Assembly (NCBI GenBank): GCA_013239625.1
Contig: MU054391.1
Span: 9,457,095-9,521,094, forward strand
DNA length: 64,000 nucleotides
From: Lama guanicoe
Lineage: Eukaryota
Reading direction: 5' to 3'
In this document: positions 24,359 to 36,337 of the stretch, one piece after another
Layout of the letters: every line of letters begins with the position of its first letter
How positions within the stretch are numbered: the first letter of the stretch is position 1
Program-made: the position numbers and the translations under genes
The notes under the pieces: model-generated
Database searches by the model: none
Told to the model about the DNA's origin: nothing
The model's input: only the letters and a program-made list of their open reading frames with translations

Positions 24359-25311
24359 ACAAGGCCATGAAATCTGAGTGTGAGGGCCAGAGAAGCCCTT
24401 CCTTCTTTTGTTCTCAAAGAAAAAGGTTTGGGGCAACTTTTATTTTTACAATAAGAAAGATAACAGTATCTTACTGCTTTATGTAACATTTATGGTGAAC
24501 AGCTAAATACCAACACAACGTTCTAAAACCCAGCGCAGCCTTCTAGAGTATGTATGCAATTGACATGCATCTGGAGTACTTTATTTCTTTGCTCTTTTTC
24601 CTTCCCCATAGAAACTGCTCAAACCTCGGAAATTTGGTGTCTGATAGCAAGAACATGAGTCAGCTCAGAACAACGTGCGAGGGACCCCCCTTCCTCATGA
24701 GCATCTCAGGGTGGGTCTGCTGGGATGTGGAGAACCACAACTCACAGCTGTCCCAGCATCTGGGCCCCAGTTTATTAATTTATGTGGTCAGGATGCCATC
24801 CTGATGTCTAAGTCCTCTAATTCTACAATTTGCAGAAAAACATCTCTGAATGGATTCCACTAAAACGGACTCCGCCACCTAAGAATACCTCTCACTATGT
24901 TTTCAGTCACCTGAAATGATGGAAGTTTGCTCTAAGGTTAGAGAAAACCCAGGTTGCTAGGAGGCATCCTTCCTGGCAGTGGCTTGGTTAATGCCGCCTG
25001 GTGCTGCTGGTGCCGTCAGGGCTCTAGGAAGGCCCTTTGGCCTCGTGGGTCAGTCTGGACAGATGTTACCTCATTTGGGAGAAATGTGCTGAGCCCTTTC
25101 CTCAGAAGCATTTCTGAGACTTACGCAAGCCATTTCTCAATTACAGGTGCTGCTGAAAGTTTGGACAAGGAACTCAATCCTAAGACAGACAACTGGTCAG
25201 AAGTCAGGGAGTGAGCTATTGTGCCAATAAGTCTCCTCCAAAGATTACAAAAAACTTTTCTTGTCAGAGGACTCTGTAGCTACACCCACAGGAGCAGAAA
25301 TGAGGTGAAGC

Positions 25312-25530
25312 TGATGATGATGGTGATGATGGTGATGGTGATATCGTGGTGATGACGATGATGATGATATGATGATGACGATGACGACGACGATGATATG
25401 ATGGTAATAAGGATGATATGATGGTGATGATGACGATGATGATATGATGATGATGATGATGATGATATGATGGTGATGACCATGATGATATGATGATGAT
25501 GGTAGTGATGGTGACGATGGTAATGATGAC
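25312..25530. repeat. Imperfect (GAT/GGT/GAC)n trinucleotide tract with recurring gatgatatgatg interruptions
   Basis: Direct read, ~220 bp. Confidence 0.95.
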
Positions 25531-26110
25531 AAGTGAAGTAATGCGAAGCACAGTTATCCTTAGATAGAGGGTGTACCCAGGCAGGAGTGTGTGGCCTTGG
25601 TGAGAGTGTGAGGAGGAAAGGTGGAGATGAGGCTGCCCCAATGTGCCATATCTCAGAGACGCACTGTGAGCCACGTAAGCTTCAGGCCGTCGGCTTTGAC
25701 AAAGCAATACGGACGTTGACCAGAGGCAGCCTTTCCAAATGACTTAAACTAAAAACTATTTCTTGTAACAAAGGATTGTCCTAGATGGTATTAGCTAGCT
25801 GAACATTTCTATGAACACACAGCCACCTTCTTGCCCTCCCTTTCTTGGGGTCGAGGTAAAGACCAGGGTGCATCTGATGGACCCTCTGACGGTCCTTCAG
25901 TCACCCAGTTTGCTCTCCTTCCCCGTCAACCGCTACCTAGGTTGCTGCTGTGGTTTGAATCTGATGTGAGGCTTTCTTTCACGAGAGCTAAGCCCAGGAC
26001 TTCCAGCCAGAACGTCCACCTTCAAGCACACACTCCTACAGTGGAAGCAAGTATCAGCGAGTTATGCACAGCAGTCCTCATCATCCTGCGTGGGGAACAC
26101 ACTTTATGTG

Positions 26111-26369
26111 CTGTCTGGGAACTGGATCCCAGGTTGAGCAGAGCTGGGCTGAGCCTTTGGTGTCAGATGGCCTGGGCGTGAATGCCATGAGCCCTGCCAG
26201 CAGGCCACTTCTGCTCTCAGTCTCATTTTCTCATGCATAGTAGGACTAACAATGCCTTTCCAGATACCTGCAGTTCAACAAGATAATGCTGTTGCAGCTC
26301 AGCTACCCCATATGCCCCATTCTCACTCCGCCAAGTGGCACTGGGCCCCTGCTTCAGCTGGAGAAATTC
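26111..26369 (-). repeat. Right arm of a local inverted duplication (partner 24083-24358)
   Basis: See left arm; also cccaggttgagcaga (26128-26142) pairs with tctgctcaccctggg (24327-24341) at 14/15. Confidence 0.9.
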
Positions 26370-26834
26370 TGCACAAGTGAGGGGGAAGAAGAGGTAACAT
26401 ATGTTGGGCCCCTGCTAAGTATCTGACAGAGCCTCACACACACAGACTCACATAACAGTCAACAACCTAGTGAGATGAACAATACAACCCTCATTTTACA
26501 CATGTTAGATGAAGGTTCCAAGAGAAAGCGCACTTTACCCAAAGTCACATAACTAACCTGAGGCTTGAATCCAGGTCCATCCTTCCTCCATCCTGGGACA
26601 CAAGCTCCAACCACTGACCACTCCACTGCTCTCCCTCTCTACCTGCCCCACTCCTCCCACCGCCAATGGTCTGAACAATTAACACAGTTTTAGATAATAA
26701 ATTAATTGTATTCTACCCGAAAAGACAAATTAAAAAAATAAATAAAAGAAAGAGTCAAGTCTCTCTTAGAAGGTATGTTAACTGGTCACTGTAAGACAGA
26801 AGAAATGGTGGCTTGCTCATCCTTTATGTACAGC

Positions 26835-26840
26835 TTTATT
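26835..26840 (-). terminator. NBAS: NBAS polyadenylation signal AATAAA (3' UTR ~150 nt)
   Basis: tttatt on + is AATAAA on -, about 130 nt past the stop, followed on the - strand by a U-rich tract near 26720-26752. Confidence 0.85.
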
Positions 26841-26971
26841 TGCAACTTGCTGGACGCACTGAAAACAATCAGTAGGTACACATGTTGCCTCTGGCGACGG
26901 CACTGGGCTCTGGGAGCTCTCTTCCACCAGGAGTGAGGGACCGGGGGCTGTGCGTGGCCACGAGCAGGCGC

Positions 26972-27247
26972 TCACACCCAGTGCCGCCCTGCACTGAGCG
27001 CGGTGCTGAAGGTCCACAGGGCCTGATGGGTGCCCCTGGCGGCCAGAAGGAGTGACCCAGCTTCGGCTTCATGGCCGGCCCCCCGCAGGTGTCTGGCCAG
27101 CTCCTCTGCATCCCAGCGCCCTTGCTGGGGGCTGGCCAACAGATGCTGGATGAGATGCGGATAGAAGGGAGTGGAGACACACTTCACCAAGAGTTTGGCA
27201 TCCAGGAGCAGGGAAAGGAGTTCTTGGTCACAGTTTGAATCGTTCAC
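26972..27247 (-). CDS. NBAS: NBAS terminal exon, coding part (276 nt including TGA)
   Basis: Acceptor cttctttcttgaag|GTG AAC GAT. Translates VNDSNCDQELLSLLLDAKLLVKCVSTPFYPHLIQHLLASPQQGRWDAEELARHLRGAGHEAEAGSLLLAARGTHQALWTFSTALSAGRHWV*; TGA at 26972-26974. Confidence 0.96.
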   Translation of the reverse strand: MNDSNCDQELLSLLLDAKLLVKCVSTPFYPHLIQHLLASPQQGRWDAEELARHLRGAGHEAEAGSLLLAARGTHQALWTFSTALSAGRHWV

Positions 27248-27509
27248 CTTCAAGAAAGAAGACAGGCAGAGATGAGGATGGCGTTGCTGACCTCTCACCA
27301 GCAGACACATCACTCCCCAGCGGTTTGCTAGGCGCTGCCTTTCTGCTTTTCTATCAGAAACCCCTTATCCTGGTTAACAGTGCCTGCTCCAAAAAGCACA
27401 CGCAGCATGAGCATCTCTGAGATCACACCCATGGGAAGACAGGCCTGGTTTCCTTTACCCAAAAGACACAGCCACAGACCGAGAACCCTCCTTGCTTCAC
27501 TGCAGTGGC

Positions 27510-27735
27510 CACTGTACTGAGTGTCAGAAACGGTGCCAGACGCTGCACTGTCTTACTTCACTGCGTCCTCCCAATTCAACCCCGTGAAGTCAGCACTTCG
27601 ACCTCCTGATTTTACACACTGGGAAACTGATGTGTAAGAATTCCGCTTAACATCATGGTCAGCAAATCGTGGAGCCAGAATCTGAATTTAGGTCAGTCTT
27701 GACTTCAAAGCCTGAGCTTTTAACAACCACATTTC
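27510..27735 (-). mobile_element. MIR SINE
   Basis: gatttttacacactgggaaactga...ggagccagaatctgaatttaggtcagtcttgacttcaaagcctgagcttttaac. Confidence 0.7.
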
Positions 27736-30700
27736 CCGTTTCATCTGTGCTTCACCTTGGTCCCCATTCTTTCACCCCAAACCTCTCCTCCATGTAGATC
27801 CACGTGAAAAAAAATTCTTTTCAGAACAGGAAAACCTTTTTTCTACTCCATTGAGAAAAGTACACCGGTCAACCCCACTGATGTGACCAGGATAACTGAC
27901 AGGAGGGGCTTGAAAGTCGTTCCTGCTTACGCCTCTAGAAAACTTAGCACCAAAGTTACCTTTTCACAACATATTTTCTGGGCTCTTTCAGTTGCACACT
28001 CTCTGTACTTTCTCCCTGGTCTTATCTTCTCGGTCTGTGTATGATTTTCCAGGTCTCTGACATTTTATATTATGGTCCATATTTTTGTAAGGCATCGAGT
28101 CAACACAAATGATGTATCACAGTTCAGTGCTTCTCGGTGTTACACTGGGGTGTCATACAGCAGCTTCACGACGGCTGCTTAATGTCACCATGCACTTTTA
28201 ATAGTTTGGGTTGTAGTAACCTCAGAAATGACGTGGCATTTCAAAGCCAATTAGCCAATGTTTAGACCAGCTCTGTTCTACAACTGTGCACAAGGTGCCT
28301 GTGATGCACGTTCTGTGACAAGGAGGAAAGCCTCCTGACGATCAGAAGGTCACGTGTCTACTGGCTGCAAGAATTAAAACGGAAGTTCTGGGAACGAGAG
28401 CTCCTGCCCACTGCCAGGCAGCGCCTGTCTTTCCTGCAACTTAGTGATCCTTCAAAACCTAACATAAATGTCAGCTCCCACGCCATCTTTTCGGTGACGT
28501 TCCCTACATCTCCTGGCCAAGCTGATCCCTCTTCCGCCTACACTCCTGGACACCATACACCCACCTCATCACACGGCATCAGGGGGATCTGCACGTGGCT
28601 CCCCTGCCAGACTGGGAGCTTCGTGAGGCACCGAGGGTTACCACCCCTTCATGTCAGCATCCAGTTTCATGAACGCTTGTGACATGGCTGATGCACCGAC
28701 CTGTCACAGGAACCCTGTCACATTTTTGTAAAGTACACACTACGGGACAAGGGCCCGATCTCTGCAGAGCATCTGAACCAAACTAGACTCTAGACTCGGA
28801 ACTGAAGAGTCTCTTGGAAACTCTGAGCATCTCTTCTTTGACCTCTCATTCCATCGCCACTCACATTCTGCTCGCCCACCCCTGACTCCGGAAGACACTG
28901 AGGCTGAACTCAACTTTGCCTGTTTTGTTTTTGTTTTTAGAGATGGCAGCAAAAGCAGCTGGTACCAGACTAGCTTTCCTGCTGAAAGGGCCACGGGAGC
29001 TCTCAATCCTCCCCACTGGGTTGTTGACGAGTTCCGCAGGTCCTCTTTCCTTCCTTTCTGACCTGCTCCGTAGCCAGGAAACGATCTGAACCCAGAGGAG
29101 CTGCCTCACCGTCGGTGTCTGCCACTTCCTGAGTGTCCCCCGTGCGGTGACGCACCTTCGCTCTAAGCCTTAAAACCGCCCCTCCAGACAGCTCCAGTCT
29201 CACTGGATAGATGCACCAGCTGCGGTTCAGTGAGGTCAGTGGCACGTGCCAAATGTCACATGGCTGCTAAGTGGTGAGCTGGACTGGAGCCCTCAACTCT
29301 GACTGGTTCATGTGTTTACAGTTTGTCCCCCTACCAACACGAGCTCCTCCAGAGCAGAGATGGTGTCTTTTCTGTCCACCCCCGCAGCCCCCACGCCCAG
29401 AACAGTGTTGGCCTCGTGTTACATGCTCAGCAGGATTTGCGGAATGAGTATGTGAATGAATGAGCAACCCCAAAGTTCGCATCATTTCACTGTACACTGC
29501 TGTCTCCAGACATGCCCGTGTGCGCACACACACGCCCCCCCCCAAACACACGGAAGCTACCATGCATGTTGTTATTTTTGTACACTCTTAACATTAAAGG
29601 CTCCTTCCACCTAACCCTCCAGGAGGGGACAGAGTGGGTCAGGATGCTGTGGGCAAATGTTTGATAAAAGACACGGAAAAAAGGCTCAGAACACAAGCAC
29701 TGCAGGCGAGTACTTTCTTTGTTGCCCTGAATAAGTCTTCAAGGCTCAGACACCTTTATCATTCTTTGTTTACTCACTAACCCTTCCTTTGGGGGTCTGA
29801 AAGACTCCTGGAAAGGGAGTGATGGATTTTTCCGGCTCGAGGAAGAGACGGGGGTTCAGTCAACGCCAGCGGCTGCTGCTCCTGATTCCCCTCTTCTGTT
29901 TGTTTCTCTCCAGAGCAATGACATCCTTCACATTGGTCTCCCACTGGATGGGGGAAGCCCAGCCTTCCGGACAGCTGGCCGTGTCCCGGGGCAGGGACAG
30001 GGCGGGTGTCCACCCTTCAAAAGCGCTCTGTTTACTCTCCCCGCTGACAAAGCCTAAGGCTCAAGTCACGAGAGTGAAATACGACGTTTCTCCTGTGGCC
30101 CCGGCCGGCTCAGAGGCTCCCTAAGGAGAGGCAGAGTCAGAGGTCGCTGACCTCCACCGAGCCTGGGCAGCGGCCAGGGAGAGGCATGGAGGGAAATGTT
30201 GGTTTAGCTTCTTGTGGTCAAATGCTGGGAAAATGGAATGGCTGACTTCATGTTATTTCCTTTTTCTGACTTTTCTATCTGATTCTAGCTCTTCGCAAGA
30301 TGCACAGAATGGCCAGAGTACACTTAATAACTGTCAAGTGCAAGGAAAACACTGTATAGACAATTATGCTGTGCATATTTGGGACACAACAGAAAATGAA
30401 AGAACACAGAAAGCAAGAGACGGCCTTTTAAAGGACCCATCCCAACAACTGCACTTTAAAGAAGAGGAGCCTGAGGGTCAGGGAAGGGGACTGCCCAGGT
30501 CACAGGCAGCCAAGACCACTCCTCTCCACACACTAAGTCGCCCGCTTCAGGGGCTCCAAGGCCAGCCTGAGTCCTGCTCTGCACCTCACAGGGCCTGGCA
30601 TCGTCCCCACGTTGCTCAGATGCTGGACTGATTTGTTAAGCCTCAGTTTGTCTTCATTTTTCTTGTTTTTGAATAAATTCTACCTTAAGGCACTAAAACT

Positions 30701-31162
30701 CTGGTGCTACCGACCACAGAAGCCTGGCGCTGTCTTAAGCAGCTAGAATTACCCATTCCAATCTACTTTATTTTTCTTTTTGAAATAAAAAGAAAAAAAT
30801 GGAAATAATAGTTTCAAAAAAGAAAGAGGGCACCTATACTGGATCACCGTAAGGAAGTTATTTTAGCCTCCCTTTCGCTCCAGTAACATTCCAAATGCAG
30901 ATATTTCCCCACAATCAATCATATGATATTTTTATCCTACTTTTCTTGTTATATGTTGAGAATTTTTAAAAATATTTTTATACAGTTTTCATTCTGAAAA
31001 AGTTTAATGGCTGCAAAGTAGTTATTTAACTTCTCCTGCTATAAATAGTGGTTTTTAATTGTTTAATATTATTGAAACACTACAAGTGAATGTCTTACAC
31101 ATACACTTTCTTTATTTGAATTCTCTCCTTAGGATAGACTATTAGGAGAGGTGTAACTGGGG

Positions 31163-31515
31163 TCTTCTGGGATGAAGCGTATTGCCCCTCAGATTCGTAT
31201 GTTGAAGTCCTAACTCCTTATACATCAGAATGTGACTCTATTTGGAGACAGGGACTTTAAAGGGGTAAATAGGTTTATTAATGAGTCCTAATCCAAATGG
31301 ACTGGTGTCTTTACAAGAAGAGAACACACATATAAGCCAAGAGGCATACGTGAGGACACAGGGAGAAGGCAGACATCTCCAAGCCAAGGAAATCAATTCC
31401 GCCGACACCCTGACCTTGGACTCCGGGTCTCTGGAATTTCGGAAAAATAAACTTCTGTTGTTGAAGTTGCCCAGTCTGTCACACGTTGTTATGGCGGCCC
31501 ACGCAGACTAAAATA
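31163..31515 (+). mobile_element. MLT1A/B-type MaLR LTR inserted into an old L1 fragment
   Basis: tatgttgaagtcctaac...gaatgtgactctatttggagacaggg...accctgaccttggact...aataaacttctgttgttgaag...gttatggcggccc. Near-perfect 5-bp TSD tgggg/cgggg. L1-like flanks (ttaggatagactattagga...tggg|gcaaag). Confidence 0.88.
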
Positions 31516-32034
31516 CGGGGCAAAGCATCTGAAACGTTTTGGCTGAGACGTGAGTGCAAGGCAGTGACGCAGGAACGCCGGCCGTCCGGTTCACAGCGGC
31601 AGTTATCCGTGGAGGAGCGTGCCCTTCTCACTGTGAGCGTGTTTGGGTATTGGGTGTGTTTATTTTGAAAAGAAAATCACTTTGCTAACCTGGTACTTCA
31701 GAGATGCTTTCATCTGAATTTGTTTATTCGCAAGAATGAATTTTTTCCATACATTTCCTATCATGTTTTCCTTGTGGGAAGGATCAAGTCCTTTGCTCAT
31801 TTACTGGAGTTACAGCATCATCTTTCACATGCAAAGGAGTTCTCTGTATAACTTAAACATTAGCCCTGATTTTAGTCATAGTGAACATTCTAATCTATTG
31901 TTTGCAATTCTGTTCTGGTTGTTTGTTTTCTTGTAGAAGTTTTACATTTTTATATTGTCAGGAAAGAATCTGTTCCTTTATGATTCTTTCCCTGTTGCTT
32001 TAAAGCTCAGGAGTTATACTTGAAGGATTTGATA

Positions 32035-32155
32035 TGTGTATGTATACATATATATAAAAATATTTTAATATATAATGTTTTTATTATATATAAAATATCT
32101 ATATACAAAATAATATATATATTTTTATATATAATGTAATAATATTTTTATTTTC
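32035..32155. repeat. AT-rich / (TA)n low-complexity tract
   Basis: Direct read. Confidence 0.85.
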
Positions 32156-34205
32156 TGATTTTAAACATATCTACCTTTTGAACTGATCAGGAATCACTCT
32201 GGTATATGGTCTGCAGAAAATCACACATTCCTGACATTGGCTTGATTGGTGCTTTAAGAGCTTGGGGAAGAAACTATATTGTGTTATTTTGGACTCAGCT
32301 GGATGTTTGAAATAAATACGAGACGAGTCCAGGAGGACTAGCTGATTTAATTCCTCTGATCAAGTAAGTCTGAATTAGAGTGAGGAGCAGTCGTCTTGTG
32401 AAAAGATGGCAGACGGGCTTTTGGGCTAGAGACCTGTTTCCAGTCCTGGCTTTTTTGCTAATCCGGTGTGTGACCTTGGTACGGACAATCTCTCCGGGCC
32501 CCAGTTTTCACGTGTGAAATGCAGACTGCCCACAGAGGTTGAGCTCGTCGGTGCTTTTGAGTGCCTAGCACAGTGCCTGCTGTCGAGTTCAAGTTCAGCG
32601 AGCGGCTGGAGTTACCAGGGCCAAGAAACCAGGACCAAAGCACAGGACTAGGCCTTACCGACGTCATGAAGTGAGTGCAGCGCCTGCCTCCTCGATCAGT
32701 GATTTTGGTTTTCCAGTCAGTGATTAGTTCCTGAGAATAAATGAAACTTTGCGGATCTTGAGGAAAAAAATCCATTAAAGCACAAAGCACTGCTGTCTTC
32801 CAAGCCATTAAAATGTTATCTGCTTAATTCCCGTTTCAACAATAGGTAATGAACCTTCTCTGAATTAAATCTTTGATTTTATGGATCTGTACGAAGCTAA
32901 GAGTGATTACCGTAATGAGGGAAGCTGAAATCCCAGTAGCATAGTGCATGCGGGACCTCAGCTCAATTACTTTAAAGGAGATTATTTAATATTAGTTCAC
33001 TGTTTACTTTAGGAAGGGCACTTGTCTCACTGCTACATATACTGTTACTAATGAGAGTTACTAGGTACATCAACTGCCAGAGCAGAAAAAGGAAACACAC
33101 GGGCAACACTAGTGTACACCTGGAGTGAGAAAAATGCCTGCAGGTACATTTTTGTTCTCTGGATTTATCTGTATGACATTCAGACTCCATGTCTCAGCAT
33201 TCCATCAGCCCCACTCCCAGCCTGAGATTTAACAGTACACCTCTTCTGAAGCCAACGCTAGGACAATCCTCTGACTTAGGATCTGAAAATGGGAGAGACT
33301 CTTTGAAGACCCAGGCCTGATCACCTCGATGACCAGAATCAAATGCTCCATTTTGGACCCTGAGTCTGGCCAGTCCCACACTATGGCCCCTTCCTACTCT
33401 GCTCAATTTCATGTGTTATTGTTTCATGTCAGTCACCCCAGGAGATAATTCCTCTGCACACAGGGATAGTGTTGTATTTCATCTTTACAAATGTCCTACC
33501 CATTCCTCACGGTACCAGGCTGGGCATGGTGGGTACTTAATATGCCTATTCACACTAAGTCAGTCAACCAACCCTCAGAGCTGTCTAGAAATGGAACAGG
33601 CTAACCTACAGGGAGTGAGCTGCCTGTCACTAGAGGCATCCAGCCGAGAATATCGGGAGATATGTGGTTGCAGAGCCTCCTTCATCGAGAAGACCAACCA
33701 CTGGCTGAGGACAAATGATGACGGATAAAAGTAACACATCTAGGTGTGTTCAGGGTAAAATGATATTTAGAAATAAGCAGAAATGCCCAAAATTCTACAA
33801 AAAAGAGCCTGGTACTCAAAGAGTCAAAAGAACAGCAATGTAATAAGGGATCAGTTTAGTATCAGCTGACATCTATAAGATACACAGGAAGGCACGCACT
33901 TGATTCTTCTTTGAATGACTGGGTCACATCGGCCTAGCTTGGTCTGGATACACTTAGAAGAAAACCAGCTGACATTAGGGCTGAAACCAAAGAAGGACTT
34001 GGCAAGACTGTCAGGCCCCAGCCCAATGCGCCTGTTAGCACAGCCCGCCGAGGCACGAAGGAGAGTGTGAGCCTGGTTTCAACGCGGAGGAGGCAAAAAT
34101 GAAGGAGGACCACAGAGGAACAGACTCCCATTGGGAGGTACTAGCTAGAAATCTGGGTGGAGCTGAAGGGGGAATGAAGGAAGGGAGGCCTCATGGTTTT
34201 ATCTA

Positions 34206-34394
34206 CAGCTGACCCTTGAACAACGTGGGTTTGAACTGCGCTGGTCCACTTATATGTGGATTTTTTTCAGTAAATGCTACAGCGCCACACAGTCCCTGGC
34301 TGGGTGGATCCATGGATGTGGAGGAACCTTGGATGGGGACGGCCAGCTCTCAGTTACGCTTGGATGAACTGCTGGGATGTCCCAGGGTCTACTG
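34206..34394. mobile_element. MER8/Tigger2-type TcMar-Tigger MITE
   Basis: TA|cagctgacccttgaacaacgtgggtttgaactgcg...agggtctactg|TA: inverted termini and TA target duplication. Confidence 0.85.
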
Positions 34395-35939
34395 TAAATA
34401 TGTTCATCCAAGCAGGCTTTTCTGAGGATCTTTAAAGCTCACCCTCCCACCGAGACACTGGTCACTGTGAGTCCACTGGTAGGTTCCAGTGCCTTCATGG
34501 CAAAATTAAAGGGGATAATAATCACATTTATTAAAAACATGAAGGGCTTCCCTGTGGAAGCAACTGATTCTGAGCAACAACACAGGGCGGGACTGAGACC
34601 CACGTGTTCAAGACACAGGGCGAGCCTTCATCCCAGAGGCGCTCCCCTACGAGGGCTTTCAAACCGCGGCACGGAGCACGGCGGGCTCCCTCCTCCTATC
34701 GGACTTGACCAGGGCCCAGTGACTCAGCAGGTTTAAAGAGGAGACCCATGCCAGGCAGGCCGTCAGACTCGCTCTGCACTTCTCTTCCCAGCGCTGGTAT
34801 TCTGTGGGTCGAGATGCTTTCAGCACCCTCATTTCTCTGTAGAGATAACCCTCCTCCGTTTTGAGAGCCTGCCCAGTTCCGTCGAAAGCAGCAGCACCGT
34901 TGAGGGCAGACTCTGAAGTTGGTACTGGGAGATGGTTGCTATTAGCATCAGGGAGAAACAATTAGGGGCTAAACGTTTTAAACACTTCCTTTATAATCCC
35001 ATAAAGTATTCCATTAATAGGCACGTGGTCCAGGACAGTCCCTGGGACGTGGGGTGGGGGCAGAGGCAGTCCTGAAAAGGGGGAAGCAGTGACGAGCAGA
35101 GGCCACCACAGATCTGGAACACGAAGCGGGGACTTTTTCTGTATATGAAGCTGCTATAAATACACATCTGCTTACTTTGATGAGATGAGTCAGGAGACTC
35201 CCACCTGGTAGGAACTATCCCAGAGATGAGATTCAAACACACTCGCAAGGAAGAGCCTTCTTGGAAAGAAGGCGGCTTTGAAGGGGAGCTCTAAATCTCT
35301 CTGAGGCTGATCTAGCAGTCTGGAACATATGAGGGTTTTAATCATTCATCAACAATATAATTTCTAAGACGGCCTTTCTATTTCTGGCCCAGGAAAGAGG
35401 CTGTTGGCCATTTGTAAAAAGGACATGGCAAACACCAGAGGACTGCAATTTCAGAAGAGCTCAGAGGAAGGAGTGAGGCTCACTGCTGAACGGCCAGCAC
35501 AACCTCAGGCATCAGCACTTGAGTATCACCCTTTTGCATGTAAGCACCTATAAAGCTGTCAGTATCTCAACGCGAACAGCGGAATAACACATGCCGTCAG
35601 CAAGCGAGAGGCGGCATTTTTCCATCTGGATCCGGGCCCTGTGCAGGAAGGACTGCCTGTCAGAGGAGGCTCTTCACCTTTTCTCTTAATGTCAACAGGA
35701 CCTGCCGTCCACAACCAATAGAGGAGAAACAAGCTGATGAACGCAGGGCCCCTACTACTGGGCAGAGCGAACAGCAAAACGAACACACACAAAAGAAAGC
35801 AAATGCTCTCTGTTTTCCACTGCAATGCCAAGCATAATCTAAAATATCCTGCCAGGAGCCCTGCGAAAAGGCCCAGTGAAATGCTTCCCTTAGGAAAGTG
35901 TGACATGACCCTCTAAGGGTGCTGGGAGAGCAGTGATGA

Positions 35940-36337
35940 ATTACAGTAATCTCTTATTCCATTTATACAGCATTCTTGAAATGACAGAATTACAGAGATG
36001 GAGATTAGTTGCTGGGTGGGTGGGGAGGGAGACGGTGTCTGTGGCTATAAAGGGCTGTGATGGAAATGCTCTGTACCCTGACTGGAGTGGCAGTCACATG
36101 GATCTACGTGTGACAATGGTGCACGGAACTTTACACACAGACAAACACATGAGGGCATGGACAAGTATGAAATCGAAGGTCCAGAGACCGTATCACTGTC
36201 AGTGTCCTGGTTATAATTACACTGTAGTTATGCAAGCTGGAGCTGCTGGGGGAAGCCAGGTGAACAGTACAAAAGATCTGTATTATTTCCTGCAACTGAA
36301 TGTAAACTCAAATTACCTCAAAATAAAAAGTTAAAAA
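35940..36337 (+). mobile_element. L1MC-type LINE 3' end
   Basis: ttccatttatacagcattcttgaaatgacagaattacagagatggag...gtggctataaaggg...tgcaactgaatgtaaactc...aaataaaaagttaaaaa. Confidence 0.82.

Noticed and set aside
25245..25707. Poly-His/Ser/Ile ORFs
   Set aside because: Translation artefacts of the (GAT)n tract, which lacks stops on the minus strand.
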